Shown here: positions 1 through 8,521 of the stretch, piece after piece
Position numbering within the stretch: the first letter of the stretch is position 1
Layout: each line of letters begins with the position of its first letter
From: Candidatus Aenigmatarchaeota archaeon
Lineage (GTDB): Archaea > Aenigmatarchaeota > Aenigmatarchaeia > Aenigmatarchaeales > JACQIB01
Direction of reading: 5' to 3'
DNA: 36,138 nt
Assembly (NCBI GenBank): GCA_038999215.1
Contig: JAWABM010000006.1
Span: forward strand, 1 to 36,138
Translations under genes and position numbers: made by a program
Notes under the pieces: generated by a model
What the model was told of the DNA's origin: nothing
The model's input: the letters and a program-made list of their open reading frames with translations, nothing else
Database searches by the model: none

Positions 1-1
1 G

Positions 2-613
2 CAGCTTGCGCTCGGGCTCTGGATGGGCGCAGAGGGATGGGACACGAACGACAGGAAGATGTTCGAAATGCCCTTCGCAGACTACCGCTACAGGAAGAAA
101 TGGGAGAGCATCGTGGAGGAAAGGGCAAGGGAAGAATATGCCTCAATCGCCGAAGAGCATGACAGCGAAACCGTCAGGGCAGGATTCGACCTGACCTATC
201 ACATCGCAAGGGAGCTGGCAGGCCTGGGCGAAGCAAGCGTGGAGGAACTGGAAAAGCAGTACACATTCCATCTGAGCGGGCTGCCTGTGAACGTAGGCGA
301 ATACAGCATAAGGCCGGCAAAGGAAAGCGAAACGCATGTTGACAATTTTTTTGAGGGCAAATCAATCGACGAGATAGTGCATTTCATGACAACGAACGTC
401 CCTAATGCCATGAACAAAGTGATGAATGACAACAGGCTTTACGGGGACCTCAGGAAGTTCGTAATACCGATATATGAAGGTGAAAACGTGGTTGCCACCG
501 TGAACATAATGAGGAAAGGCAATATTGGACAAATATATGAACCGAAGAACAAGAAAACATACGATAATCCCGTGGAATTCGTGAAGGAATTCAAGGAAAA
601 ATCAGAGGCGTAA
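2..613 (+). CDS. hypothetical protein, probably 5'-truncated by the window edge
   Basis: The frame is open from position 2 through the ATG at 23 to the stop at 613, with native purine-rich codon usage. No family recognised with confidence. Confidence 0.6.
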   Translation, partial: QLALGLWMGAEGWDTNDRKMFEMPFADYRYRKKWESIVEERAREEYASIAEEHDSETVRAGFDLTYHIARELAGLGEASVEELEKQYTFHLSGLPVNVGEYSIRPAKESETHVDNFFEGKSIDEIVHFMTTNVPNAMNKVMNDNRLYGDLRKFVIPIYEGENVVATVNIMRKGNIGQIYEPKNKKTYDNPVEFVKEFKEKSEA

Positions 614-1639
614 GGCCTCCAGCACAGCTTCTTCTGGAGCGTCTGTCTTCAGCGCATTGTCGCAGAAATGCGTGCGCGAGACAGCAAAGCCTTTCTCACG
701 CAAGCGCGAGATGACTGCATCCATCCTTGGCACGCCAGGCAGCTTTTCGCGCCTGGCGAGCTTGTGGAGGTCGAAGTAGAATGGCACGTCAAGCTCGAGC
801 AGGACGGAGGAGAGGAGGCTTATGACATCCTGTCCAAACTTCCTCCTCTTCGCCTCGTCAAGCGTTTCCTTGCAGAAATCATAATCCTTGAGCTTCCCGA
901 GATAGACCGCACCGACAACCCCATTGACAGGGCCGAATTTGTCAAGCAGCGGCCTTATCTCGGGCTCATGACCTATCCTTCCGAAGACCCTGAAATAATG
1001 CTGATCAGCGAAACAGAGCGCGGGCACGAAGGCTCTCTCATGCTTCGCGAATGCGAGCATAACATTAGAAAGGAGTATCCTCAGGCCCAGCTCTGCGTAA
1101 TAGTCAGCCTTGGCAGGGCGTATGCCGTATTTCCTGAAGCAGGCGTCAGGATGGGCGCCGCACAACGGGGCGGTATCCGTGGCTGTCACGCCGACAAAAC
1201 CGCGATGGAAAACCGAACGGGCCGCGGCATCCAGGAAGTTAACAGGCGGCCCGAAGGGGTCGATATCGATGAAATCGAACACGACCCCGCTGTAAAGATA
1301 GCGGTTGACGTCGTCCTTCACAGCCAAACACTTCCCGCATTTGTTCCCGCGGATGTTCTTCCTTATCAAGCGCACCGCCAGGGGGTTCTTGTCAACCATC
1401 ACGGCTTCGCGGACACCTGCGACCTCCTTGGCATACCTGATTCCCCGCACACCGGTCGCGGCGAGCGCGTCGCAGACCGATATCCTCCTTCCAACAGAGC
1501 GCTGGAATACCTGAAGGGCCGCGACAGAGACGTCGCGCGACAGCGCGGCCGCAGGGTTGTAGAACACCGGGGCTTCGTAAACGCCCTGCTTTGGCACCCA
1601 GAGACTGATTTTCCCTTCCGCTGTCTTCCGTAATTGCAT
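602..1639 (-). CDS. trm1: tRNA (guanine26-N2)-dimethyltransferase Trm1
   Basis: Motifs VFYNP...RD, DALAATGVRGIRY, DFIDIDPFG, VTATDTAPLCG and SRTHF...KTDAP. Start moved to MQLRK (ATG at 1639). Confidence 0.93.
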   Translation of the reverse strand: MQLRKTAEGKISLWVPKQGVYEAPVFYNPAAALSRDVSVAALQVFQRSVGRRISVCDALAATGVRGIRYAKEVAGVREAVMVDKNPLAVRLIRKNIRGNKCGKCLAVKDDVNRYLYSGVVFDFIDIDPFGPPVNFLDAAARSVFHRGFVGVTATDTAPLCGAHPDACFRKYGIRPAKADYYAELGLRILLSNVMLAFAKHERAFVPALCFADQHYFRVFGRIGHEPEIRPLLDKFGPVNGVVGAVYLGKLKDYDFCKETLDEAKRRKFGQDVISLLSSVLLELDVPFYFDLHKLARREKLPGVPRMDAVISRLREKGFAVSRTHFCDNALKTDAPEEAVLEALRL

Positions 1640-1712
1640 ACTGCACCACAATTCCGTAATTTGTCGAATTTTGCCTGACAAGCATATATACCTTGCTTTT
1701 CCATTATTTTTT

Positions 1713-2417
1713 ATGAAACTGCAGCACGAAGGCAAGGCGAGGGCCGACGTGACCAAGCTGACCGGCAGGAACAGGTACACCGGAGACCAGCAGGTCGAAG
1801 GCACAGCCAGCGTGGACATGCAGGAAATGCTCGAATCCCTGCAGCTGCAGGGAGCGATTTCAGGCAACTACCGCGAAGGCGACGGCACCGTCATGGCGGT
1901 GCTAAACGATTATGCGAGCGACATAGGCAAAACGCTCATGCCAAAACCGGAAGCAGCGCAGAAATGCAGAAACGTAAAGCTGAGCTTCCAGCATAGTGGG
2001 GAGATAGCCTTCTATGACGGAGAAAAGAGGGTCGGCGGATGCATAACCTCAGGCTCGCACGTCAGGATGAGAATAAGCAACTTCGACATAGAGGAGATAG
2101 AGCGAGGAAAGGGCTATGGCACAGCGGCAGCCAAGGAGCTTATAGACTATTCCAAAAGATTGGGGAGGATGCTGATATTCGAGACCTGCGGCCTCGGGAA
2201 GACCTGCGAATGGCTGCAAAAGAAGGATTTCGAAGTCGTTTGGTGGCCAAAAAGCCACTTCGACGACTACGCCTACCTTTGCGCGCCGGGGCAGCACGGC
2301 CTAAAGGAGAAGATGAACGACCTTGAGAGCTGCGGCTTCGGCAGCGGCGCAACAATGGCGCAAATAAGGGAGTTCGGGAAGCTCGTAAGAAAAAGGACAA
2401 AGGACATCACGGACTGA
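1713..2417 (+). CDS. GNAT-family N-acetyltransferase domain protein
   Basis: The C-terminal half has acetyl-CoA motif A (ERGKGYGTAAAKELI). First ATG is at 1713. Confidence 0.6.
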   Translation: MKLQHEGKARADVTKLTGRNRYTGDQQVEGTASVDMQEMLESLQLQGAISGNYREGDGTVMAVLNDYASDIGKTLMPKPEAAQKCRNVKLSFQHSGEIAFYDGEKRVGGCITSGSHVRMRISNFDIEEIERGKGYGTAAAKELIDYSKRLGRMLIFETCGLGKTCEWLQKKDFEVVWWPKSHFDDYAYLCAPGQHGLKEKMNDLESCGFGSGATMAQIREFGKLVRKRTKDITD

Positions 2418-2494
2418 TTTCTGGCAATTGACGTAGAGCGATGTTACGCTTTTATATTCTACAAATCCGTAAGAGATTTAGACAAGGGGGTTTG

Positions 2495-3574
2495 ATGGCG
2501 AAATACGACATAAAGCAGCTGCTCATGGAAAAGGCTCCAATGATAAACAGCATAATCAAGAAGTACATACCTGAAAAATATGACAAGGAATCGATGATAT
2601 TCGCGGCAGGCAAGGCCAGATACGAGTACAACATCGAGGCGCCGAACGTAGCCATAGCCGAACCCATCTGGGAGTTCCTCAACAGGGGAGGCAAGAGATG
2701 GAGGCCGTCGCTGTTTCTGCTTATCCTAGAGGCGCTCGGCGGAGACGTGAAGAAGGTTTCGGACTATGCCATAATACCCGAAGTCGTGCACAACGGCACA
2801 TTAATGATTGACGACCTCGAGGACTCGAGCCTCGAGAGAAGGGGCAAGCCCTGTACGTACATACTTTATGGCACGGACATAGCGGTCAATGCCGGCAACA
2901 TGATGTATTATCTGCCTTTGCTTCCGCTTATAAAGAACGTGGGCAACCTGCCATGCGAGACCAGACTGAAAATATACAACACCTACAGCCAAGAGATGAT
3001 CAACCTCTCGCTAGGGCAGGCAATGGATATAGCATGGCACAAGGGCATGGCGAACGCGGACGCTGTGAGCGAGGCCGAATACCTTCAAATGTGCGCATAC
3101 AAGACAGGCACACTCGCCAGAATGAGCGCCAAGATAGCGGCCATACTTTCAAATGCGAATGATGACACTGTCGAAAAAATCGGGAGGTTCGCGGAAGCGA
3201 TAGGGGTCGCATTCCAGATACAGGATGACATATTAAACCTCACTTCGGAGGAATTCGCCTCAAAGAAGGGGGGATTTGGCGAGGACATAACAGAAGGCAA
3301 GAGGACCTTGATGGTAATACATATGCTCAAGAAAGCTAGCGAGCCGGACAGGAAGAGGCTCATAGAAATTCTCAACATGCATACGACCGACCAGAAGCTC
3401 AGGGATGAGGCAATAGCGCTCCTGAAGAAATACGGCACAATAGACTATGCGAAAGAATACGCTAGGAAGCTTTTGGTGGAGGCGTGGGCGGAAACGGACA
3501 AGGTGCTGAGGCCGAGCGAGGCCAAAGAGAAGCTGAGGGCGTTCGCTGACTACCTGGTTGAAAGGAAAATCTGA
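2495..3574 (+). CDS. trans-polyprenyl diphosphate synthase (GGPP synthase family)
   Basis: Motifs GGKRWRP, FARM DDLED..RRG, GQAMD, KTG, SARM FQIQDD and [12 protein letters not shown]-like AAGGGGG precedes the ATG at 2495. Confidence 0.93.
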   Translation: MAKYDIKQLLMEKAPMINSIIKKYIPEKYDKESMIFAAGKARYEYNIEAPNVAIAEPIWEFLNRGGKRWRPSLFLLILEALGGDVKKVSDYAIIPEVVHNGTLMIDDLEDSSLERRGKPCTYILYGTDIAVNAGNMMYYLPLLPLIKNVGNLPCETRLKIYNTYSQEMINLSLGQAMDIAWHKGMANADAVSEAEYLQMCAYKTGTLARMSAKIAAILSNANDDTVEKIGRFAEAIGVAFQIQDDILNLTSEEFASKKGGFGEDITEGKRTLMVIHMLKKASEPDRKRLIEILNMHTTDQKLRDEAIALLKKYGTIDYAKEYARKLLVEAWAETDKVLRPSEAKEKLRAFADYLVERKI

Positions 3575-3584
3575 GGGCAGTCGC

Positions 3585-3989
3585 ATGATAAACCAGAGGG
3601 TAATGGCCACAGCGATAATAAGGAAGGGCAACAGATACCTCCTTCTCAAAAGAAGCAGGCGCAACAAGATGTATTCGGGCCAGTGGCAGTTCCCAGAGGG
3701 CGGGGTGGAGTTCGGAGAGACTCCCCTGGAAGCCCTCAAGAGGGAGCTTCACGAGGAGACCGGCCTGAACATAAGGAAGGCGAAGCTGCTTGGCGTCGGC
3801 TCAGGCACGATAAAATACTTTCACAGAGGAATCTACCATTTCATACGCGTTTTCTACGAGTGCCGAGTCACAGGCAAACTCAAGCTCTCGGACAAGCACA
3901 CTGACGCGGCATGGCTGACGAAGAAGGAGATAGGAAGGATGAAGCTGCTCAAAGGCTTCAGGTTCTCGGAAGCCGAGAAGATAATCTAG
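3585..3989 (+). CDS. NUDIX hydrolase
   Basis: Nudix box [23 protein letters not shown]. Confidence 0.9.
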   Translation: MINQRVMATAIIRKGNRYLLLKRSRRNKMYSGQWQFPEGGVEFGETPLEALKRELHEETGLNIRKAKLLGVGSGTIKYFHRGIYHFIRVFYECRVTGKLKLSDKHTDAAWLTKKEIGRMKLLKGFRFSEAEKII

Positions 3990-4564
3990 ATACCAGGCAG
4001 CACTGCTGCCTGGGGCGTGAACAGGCTGAAGATTGCGTTCATCACGCCGCCCAGCACGAATAGGAGCAGGAGCAACAGCAACGCAACTACAGCCGCCTTC
4101 TTAGCATCGAATCCGTGCGCTACCTTGATGCTGAGGAACATCAGGTATGCCCCGTAAACCGTGAGCAGCATAACCGCGAAAATGCCGAAGGGCAAGAGTT
4201 TGACCAGCACCGAAACGAGCGAGAGCGGCAGCAGGAAGAATGCCATAAGGTACGACTGCACAGCGAAGCTCCCTCTGCCTTCCACTATCCTTGAAAGCGC
4301 CAACGCCATGAACGACAGCAGGAGCCAGCCGACGAACACGGAGGCGCATGACATAGCCATGACTATGCCTGCGAACAGCGCCGCGCTGGACGCAAGCTCC
4401 TGCGGGACCGAAAAGTAGGTCGAAGCGCCTGCGACAGCGCCGACAAAGACCGACGCCACCGCCATCTGCGCAACCGCGGAGGCGAAGCCGGCATCGTAGG
4501 CAGCCCTGCTTAGCTCGGCCTCAGGGTTCTTCACCAGCCCGATCCAACGGTCGAATATTGACAT
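3986..4564 (-). CDS. Yip1-family membrane protein
   Basis: About 5 hydrophobic segments, with an N-terminal LVKNP, a GRGSF loop and a SIKVAHG...KA pattern typical of Yip1. Confidence 0.65.
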   Translation of the reverse strand: MSIFDRWIGLVKNPEAELSRAAYDAGFASAVAQMAVASVFVGAVAGASTYFSVPQELASSAALFAGIVMAMSCASVFVGWLLLSFMALALSRIVEGRGSFAVQSYLMAFFLLPLSLVSVLVKLLPFGIFAVMLLTVYGAYLMFLSIKVAHGFDAKKAAVVALLLLLLLFVLGGVMNAIFSLFTPQAAVLPGI

Positions 4565-4642
4565 GCGAACTCCCTAAGAACAATATGGCCGGCCCTTATT
4601 TAATAGTTTTGCAAGAAGAAAAATTAAAGAAGGGCGGAAGCC

Positions 4643-4927
4643 TTACGATCTGAACTTTATGCCTCCTACCCATCCTGCCACAACGTTGTAGATGAACGCC
4701 ATTACTATCCCGCCTATGAAGCCGCATATCGCCCACATTATCGGGAATATCACTATGGACAATATGCCGAATCCTGCGCCGAACCCTGCCATTCCAGGCA
4801 CAGACGACATCATCGCACCGAAGGCCGCTCCAAACAATCCCATCAGGAATCCCATGATTGCCCATATAACAGCGTTTATCTTGCCCACAGACATTATGTC
4901 CAGGCTCTTAATCTCTATTTCCGCCAT
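4643..4927 (-). CDS. small membrane protein (DUF3566-like)
   Basis: MAEIEIKSLDIMSVGK...YNVVAGWVGGIK with two TM segments. A strong SD (GGAGGTGA) lies just upstream of the ATG at 4927. Confidence 0.7.
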   Translation of the reverse strand: MAEIEIKSLDIMSVGKINAVIWAIMGFLMGLFGAAFGAMMSSVPGMAGFGAGFGILSIVIFPIMWAICGFIGGIVMAFIYNVVAGWVGGIKFRS

Positions 4928-4932
4928 CTTTT

Positions 4933-5727
4933 TCACCTCCCTTTGGATTTTTTGACCGATTTCCTGTTTTTGATGTAAAATGACGTGAGCGCCAGGTACT
5001 GCAGCGGCGAAGCCGCGAACATACCTACGATGAAGGCGATGTAAACCCCGACAAGCATGGCCATCGGCCCGAGGAAGATGAAGATGAAGAACGCCGCAAC
5101 AATGAAGGGTATTGCGATGGCTGCCATCATGATTAAAATTATTATAAACAGCGCGAACACAGAAAGGAACCTCGGCTTCGCGAAATTGTAGCTGCGCTTC
5201 ACCGCCTCGACAGCCCTCAGGTTGTCGACCACTGCGGCCGGGAACGAGAAAGAAAGGAGCAGCGTAAGGATTATGATCAGCACGTAGCCCACGATCATCG
5301 CCAGAATCATCATGATTGCGGCGGAGGCAGCGTAAGAATACGCCGAGCCCATCATCATGATGGGTGCCATCATGAGCAGGATTGGAATGAGCACTATTGC
5401 CGCGAACAGAAGCCCGATGCCGATGAAGGTCTGCCACCGCTCCCTCGCGGCCCTGAACATCGTGCCGACGCGAGCGCCCTTTCCGAGCGCGTCGAGGCAC
5501 ATCTTAAAGAGGCCGCCTGCCAGCGGATAGGACACCAGAATCGATATCGCGAAAAAAGCCATCATGAGCGCTGCCGAAATTGCCGTCTGGCCGAGCATGT
5601 AGAACAGGGCAAAGCCGAGCCCCATAATGGCATAGATGATGCCGAAGTAAATGATAACGGCGACAAGAAGCGTTCTGAAGTTCCTCTTGTAAGCGCGCCA
5701 GGCTTCTCTAGCAACTTCCATGATCAT
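4933..5727 (-). CDS. multi-pass membrane protein of unknown function
   Basis: 264 aa with about 6 TM segments, including the 'AVEAVKRSY' pattern seen in glycerophosphodiester-phosphodiesterase-membrane-domain-like proteins. Confidence 0.7.
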   Translation of the reverse strand: MIMEVAREAWRAYKRNFRTLLVAVIIYFGIIYAIMGLGFALFYMLGQTAISAALMMAFFAISILVSYPLAGGLFKMCLDALGKGARVGTMFRAARERWQTFIGIGLLFAAIVLIPILLMMAPIMMMGSAYSYAASAAIMMILAMIVGYVLIIILTLLLSFSFPAAVVDNLRAVEAVKRSYNFAKPRFLSVFALFIIILIMMAAIAIPFIVAAFFIFIFLGPMAMLVGVYIAFIVGMFAASPLQYLALTSFYIKNRKSVKKSKGR

Positions 5728-5784
5728 GGAGTAAATTTTGTCTTAATCGCCTTATAAATATTCCTATAATTGACGTATACGGGT

Positions 5785-6600
5785 TCACCACTTGTTGTAT
5801 CCGAGGTTCTCGAATATTCCCTTCATCCTCAGGCTGTCCTGCTCGAGGAGGGGCGATTCGCAAATTATAGTTATGTCCATTTTCTTTTCAAGTATCTCCC
5901 TTGCCAGACCGCGGAAATCCGGCTTCTTTGCAGACAAGGGGAGATGGTTCCTTTCGCCTGCGGCCGTGTAGTTTATGCAAGAAAAGTGCGAATGTAGGTG
6001 GCCGAAAGATTTGACTTCGCCAAGAATCTTGCCGAAATCTATCTTGCCTCCGGCCCTGGCATAGAGATGGGCAAAATCAACGACAGGGACGCAGTTTCTG
6101 ACCTTCTTCGCTATCGCGACGCATTCGTCGAGGCTGCCGAAAGCCGAGTGCTTGCCCGTAGTCTCGAGACCTAGAAGGATTTTCCAACCGTTGCCGCGCA
6201 ACTCATCCGACATGACTGCGCATTCCAGCTTTATTTTTTCAAATGCCTGCTCCTTCGCGAGCTTGCCGAAGTAGCCGGGATGGAACACCACTATGCGCGC
6301 TCCCATTGCGTGGCCGCGTTCGCACGAGTCCAGTATGCGGCGCCTGCTGGCCGCGACCTTCGCGCGCTCAGCTGAGCAGAGATTTATATAATAAGGGGCG
6401 TGTATCGACAGCTCGACGTCGACAGACGCAGCCGCAGCGCCGAGCTCCTTCGCAGTCCCGAGGTTCATGCTGACGCCGCGGACGAACTCCACTTCCATCG
6501 CTCGCAAGCCGAGCTCGGCGCATTTCCTGGCACCGTTCGCGGAGCCGGCGCCCTCGGCGGCAATCGGTATGCCTGCAGGGCCTAGCCTTATACGGGCCAT
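5785..6600 (-). CDS. nfo: endonuclease IV / AP endonuclease family TIM barrel
   Basis: Motifs GPAGIP, SIHAPYYINL, VFHPG, LETTGK, DFAHLYAR, HSHFS and ICESP. Confidence 0.88.
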   Translation of the reverse strand: MARIRLGPAGIPIAAEGAGSANGARKCAELGLRAMEVEFVRGVSMNLGTAKELGAAAASVDVELSIHAPYYINLCSAERAKVAASRRRILDSCERGHAMGARIVVFHPGYFGKLAKEQAFEKIKLECAVMSDELRGNGWKILLGLETTGKHSAFGSLDECVAIAKKVRNCVPVVDFAHLYARAGGKIDFGKILGEVKSFGHLHSHFSCINYTAAGERNHLPLSAKKPDFRGLAREILEKKMDITIICESPLLEQDSLRMKGIFENLGYNKW

Positions 6601-6630
6601 AAAACAAGTTCGTCAAGGCAGAATAAAAAC

Positions 6631-6795
6631 TTAAAGGGGGAACATGGTGTAAAGGATTATCTCCAGGACAACAAGGAACGAGCATATGGCGACCACATGC
6701 TGAGGCTTGAGCTTGATAAGGCTCTTCTCGTCCTCATAGTACCTCACGAGGCCCGCCATTCCAGAGGGCGCTTGCATCTGCTGCTTCTCCGCCAT
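6631..6795 (-). CDS. secG: preprotein translocase subunit Sec61beta (54 aa, absent from the ORF track)
   Basis: Hand translation MAEKQQMQAPSGMAGLVRYYEDEKSLIKLKPQHVVAICSFLVVLEIILYTMFPL shows the AGLVRYY...P motif and a single TM. Confidence 0.9.
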   Translation of the reverse strand: MAEKQQMQAPSGMAGLVRYYEDEKSLIKLKPQHVVAICSFLVVLEIILYTMFPL

Positions 6796-6820
6796 ACAAA
6801 CCACTTAATCAGAGAAGTAT

Positions 6821-7339
6821 TTAAATTTGCCTAGCCTCAAGCACCTTGCCGAGAATCATCTTGAACCAGGGCGTGTAGGCCTTCGGGTTTCTCTCTATGT
6901 CTTTCTTCAGCTCCTCGACGGAAATCCATTTCATCGCGCCGATTTCTTCGGGATTAGGCGCCAACGGACCGTCATACGTGCCGACGAATACGTGATCGAA
7001 CTCATGCTCAGACAGTTCCCCATCGGAATCTGCCTGATAGACGAAGCTCGTCAATTTTTTCAGCCTCGTGTCGAATCCGCACTCCTCCATCAGGCGGCGG
7101 TGGGCGGCGGCGAGCACGGCCTCACTCTTGCGCGGGTGGCTGCAGCAGGTGTTGCTCCAGAGCCCGCCGAAATGATACTTCGTCTTTGCCCTCTGCTGCA
7201 GGAGCATCTCGCCCTTTTTATTGAAGATGAACACCGAGAACGCGCGATGGAGCGTGCCGTGGTTGCGGTGGGCCTCGATTTTCTCCATCACGCCCAGCTC
7301 GTTGTCGTTCTTGTCGACCAAAACGACGAACTCTGGCAT
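6821..7339 (-). CDS. idi: isopentenyl-diphosphate delta-isomerase, type 1
   Basis: Motifs LHRAFSVF, LLQQRA..KYHF.GLWSNTCCSHP, EHEFDHVF and YTPWF. Alternative start at 7348. Confidence 0.93.
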   Translation of the reverse strand: MPEFVVLVDKNDNELGVMEKIEAHRNHGTLHRAFSVFIFNKKGEMLLQQRAKTKYHFGGLWSNTCCSHPRKSEAVLAAAHRRLMEECGFDTRLKKLTSFVYQADSDGELSEHEFDHVFVGTYDGPLAPNPEEIGAMKWISVEELKKDIERNPKAYTPWFKMILGKVLEARQI

Positions 7340-7406
7340 AAAGAACATTCAGCGGACAGATTATTAAAGTTGAAGAAGCGAGTTCAGCGATTGACGAAAA
7401 ATTAGG

Positions 7407-7710
7407 GGTGTGCTGGACATAGCCCGTCTTCTGTGGGGCGAATCAGCGCCGCGAACGGCGCGTCCTTTGCATCGCCCGGCAACATCTGTCTTAGCTGCCT
7501 ACCCGCCCCTCTTTCCTCATCAGGGCCTACTTGGCATTGCACCGCGCCGGCATTGCCGTGAGAAACCATTACGCTCCTCTTCGGCTGCCCTGACCTCTCG
7601 GCCATGCCACTTGGTGGCGGCGCCTTTGACGGTGGACGGAACTTCCTCGAACCCTTTTCAGCGAAAAGCGTTCACGGAAAAGGATCCGGCGGTTGCCTGC
7701 CCAGCTCACC
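7407..7710 (-). ncRNA. rnpB: RNase P RNA
   Basis: The sense strand has CR-I GAGGAAGTTCCGTCC and CR-V ACAGAAGACGGGCTAT (P4). P1 is GGTGAGCTGGGCA/TGTCCAGCACACC and P2 is GGCAAC/GTTGCC; P3, P15/16 and an extended P19 are also present. TATA-like TTTTAAAA lies about 25 nt upstream. Confidence 0.93.
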
Positions 7711-7750
7711 GAGATTTAGTAGGTTGCCAACCCTTTTAAAACTTCCAGAA

Positions 7751-8047
7751 TCAGCGCTTCAGCGGCTTTGGTTCTATCTTCAGGACGGTGTTGTCCATCA
7801 GCCTGAAATGCTCGTCGAAATAGGACCCGCATTCGCCCCTGTAGACGAGCGCCTTGCCTCCGTAGCGGGTCTCCATGACCGCGGGCATGAGCTCGCACTG
7901 CTCCCCGGGCCTCTTGAAGCCGTTGTTGCTGCAGTGGCCAACGCCTATCGAGTTCTGGCCGTAATCCTCGGTTATGCCTGTAACATAGGGGCAAAATACC
8001 GGCTTTTCTTCAGATCTCCCCTTTTTAGGCTGATCCTTTTGTTCCAT
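7751..8047 (-). CDS. hypothetical protein (98 aa, 4 Cys)
   Basis: The ORF fills the gap between the 23S 3' end and rnpB, with a TATA-like element upstream. No family recognised. Confidence 0.55.
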   Translation of the reverse strand: MEQKDQPKKGRSEEKPVFCPYVTGITEDYGQNSIGVGHCSNNGFKRPGEQCELMPAVMETRYGGKALVYRGECGSYFDEHFRLMDNTVLKIEPKPLKR

Positions 8048-8197
8048 CTTGACGCCTCGCAGTAAGACTGTCTAGATTTGGAAGGGATATATACCGGGGC
8101 CGCTAGAATTCGGCAAAGAATGGATTTCGGCAAAAAAAGAACCCCGGACAAATGCTTTATATATACGGCAGAGCTGGCGCTAATGCCAGAATTCACG

Positions 8198-8204
8198 AAA
8201 AAAA
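8198..8204 (-). terminator. oligo-T terminator of the 23S transcript
   Basis: A T7 tract on the minus strand directly follows the 3' arm of the processing stem. Confidence 0.5.
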
Positions 8205-8207
8205 TGT

Positions 8208-8244
8208 TGCCGTCGCAGGAGCGCGCTTTTAAGGAGGTCTAAAC
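8208..8244 (-). other. 3' arm of the pre-23S BHB processing stem
   Basis: GTTTAGACCT-CCTT-AAA-AGCGC-GC-TCCTGCGACGGCA pairs with the 5' arm at 11677-11713. Confidence 0.9.
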
Positions 8245-8521
8245 AAAAGGCCGTTGGGCGCAGTGGGCTGAAATGGTCGCCGAAGCTTCCATCTTACACC
8301 CCTGCTCCATCAAACAGGTCGTCTAGCCTGTGGCCAATTGCCTATTTTTCCCGAACGCTTCAACCTTAGATGCCTTCAGGCTTTAGCGTCTATGGCGTAG
8401 CTATCCGGCGTTACCGCAAGATAACCGGTGTACCAGAGGCCACGAGGGGGCGTTCCTTTCGTACTTGCCCCTTCTTCGGGTCAGGCAAATGCACCTTCAG
8501 CAGATATAAACCGTACTGTCT

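Noticed and set aside
8050..8200. Possible 5S rRNA downstream of 23S
   Set aside because: No 5S consensus or terminal helix was found. The region looks like terminator and promoter sequence.
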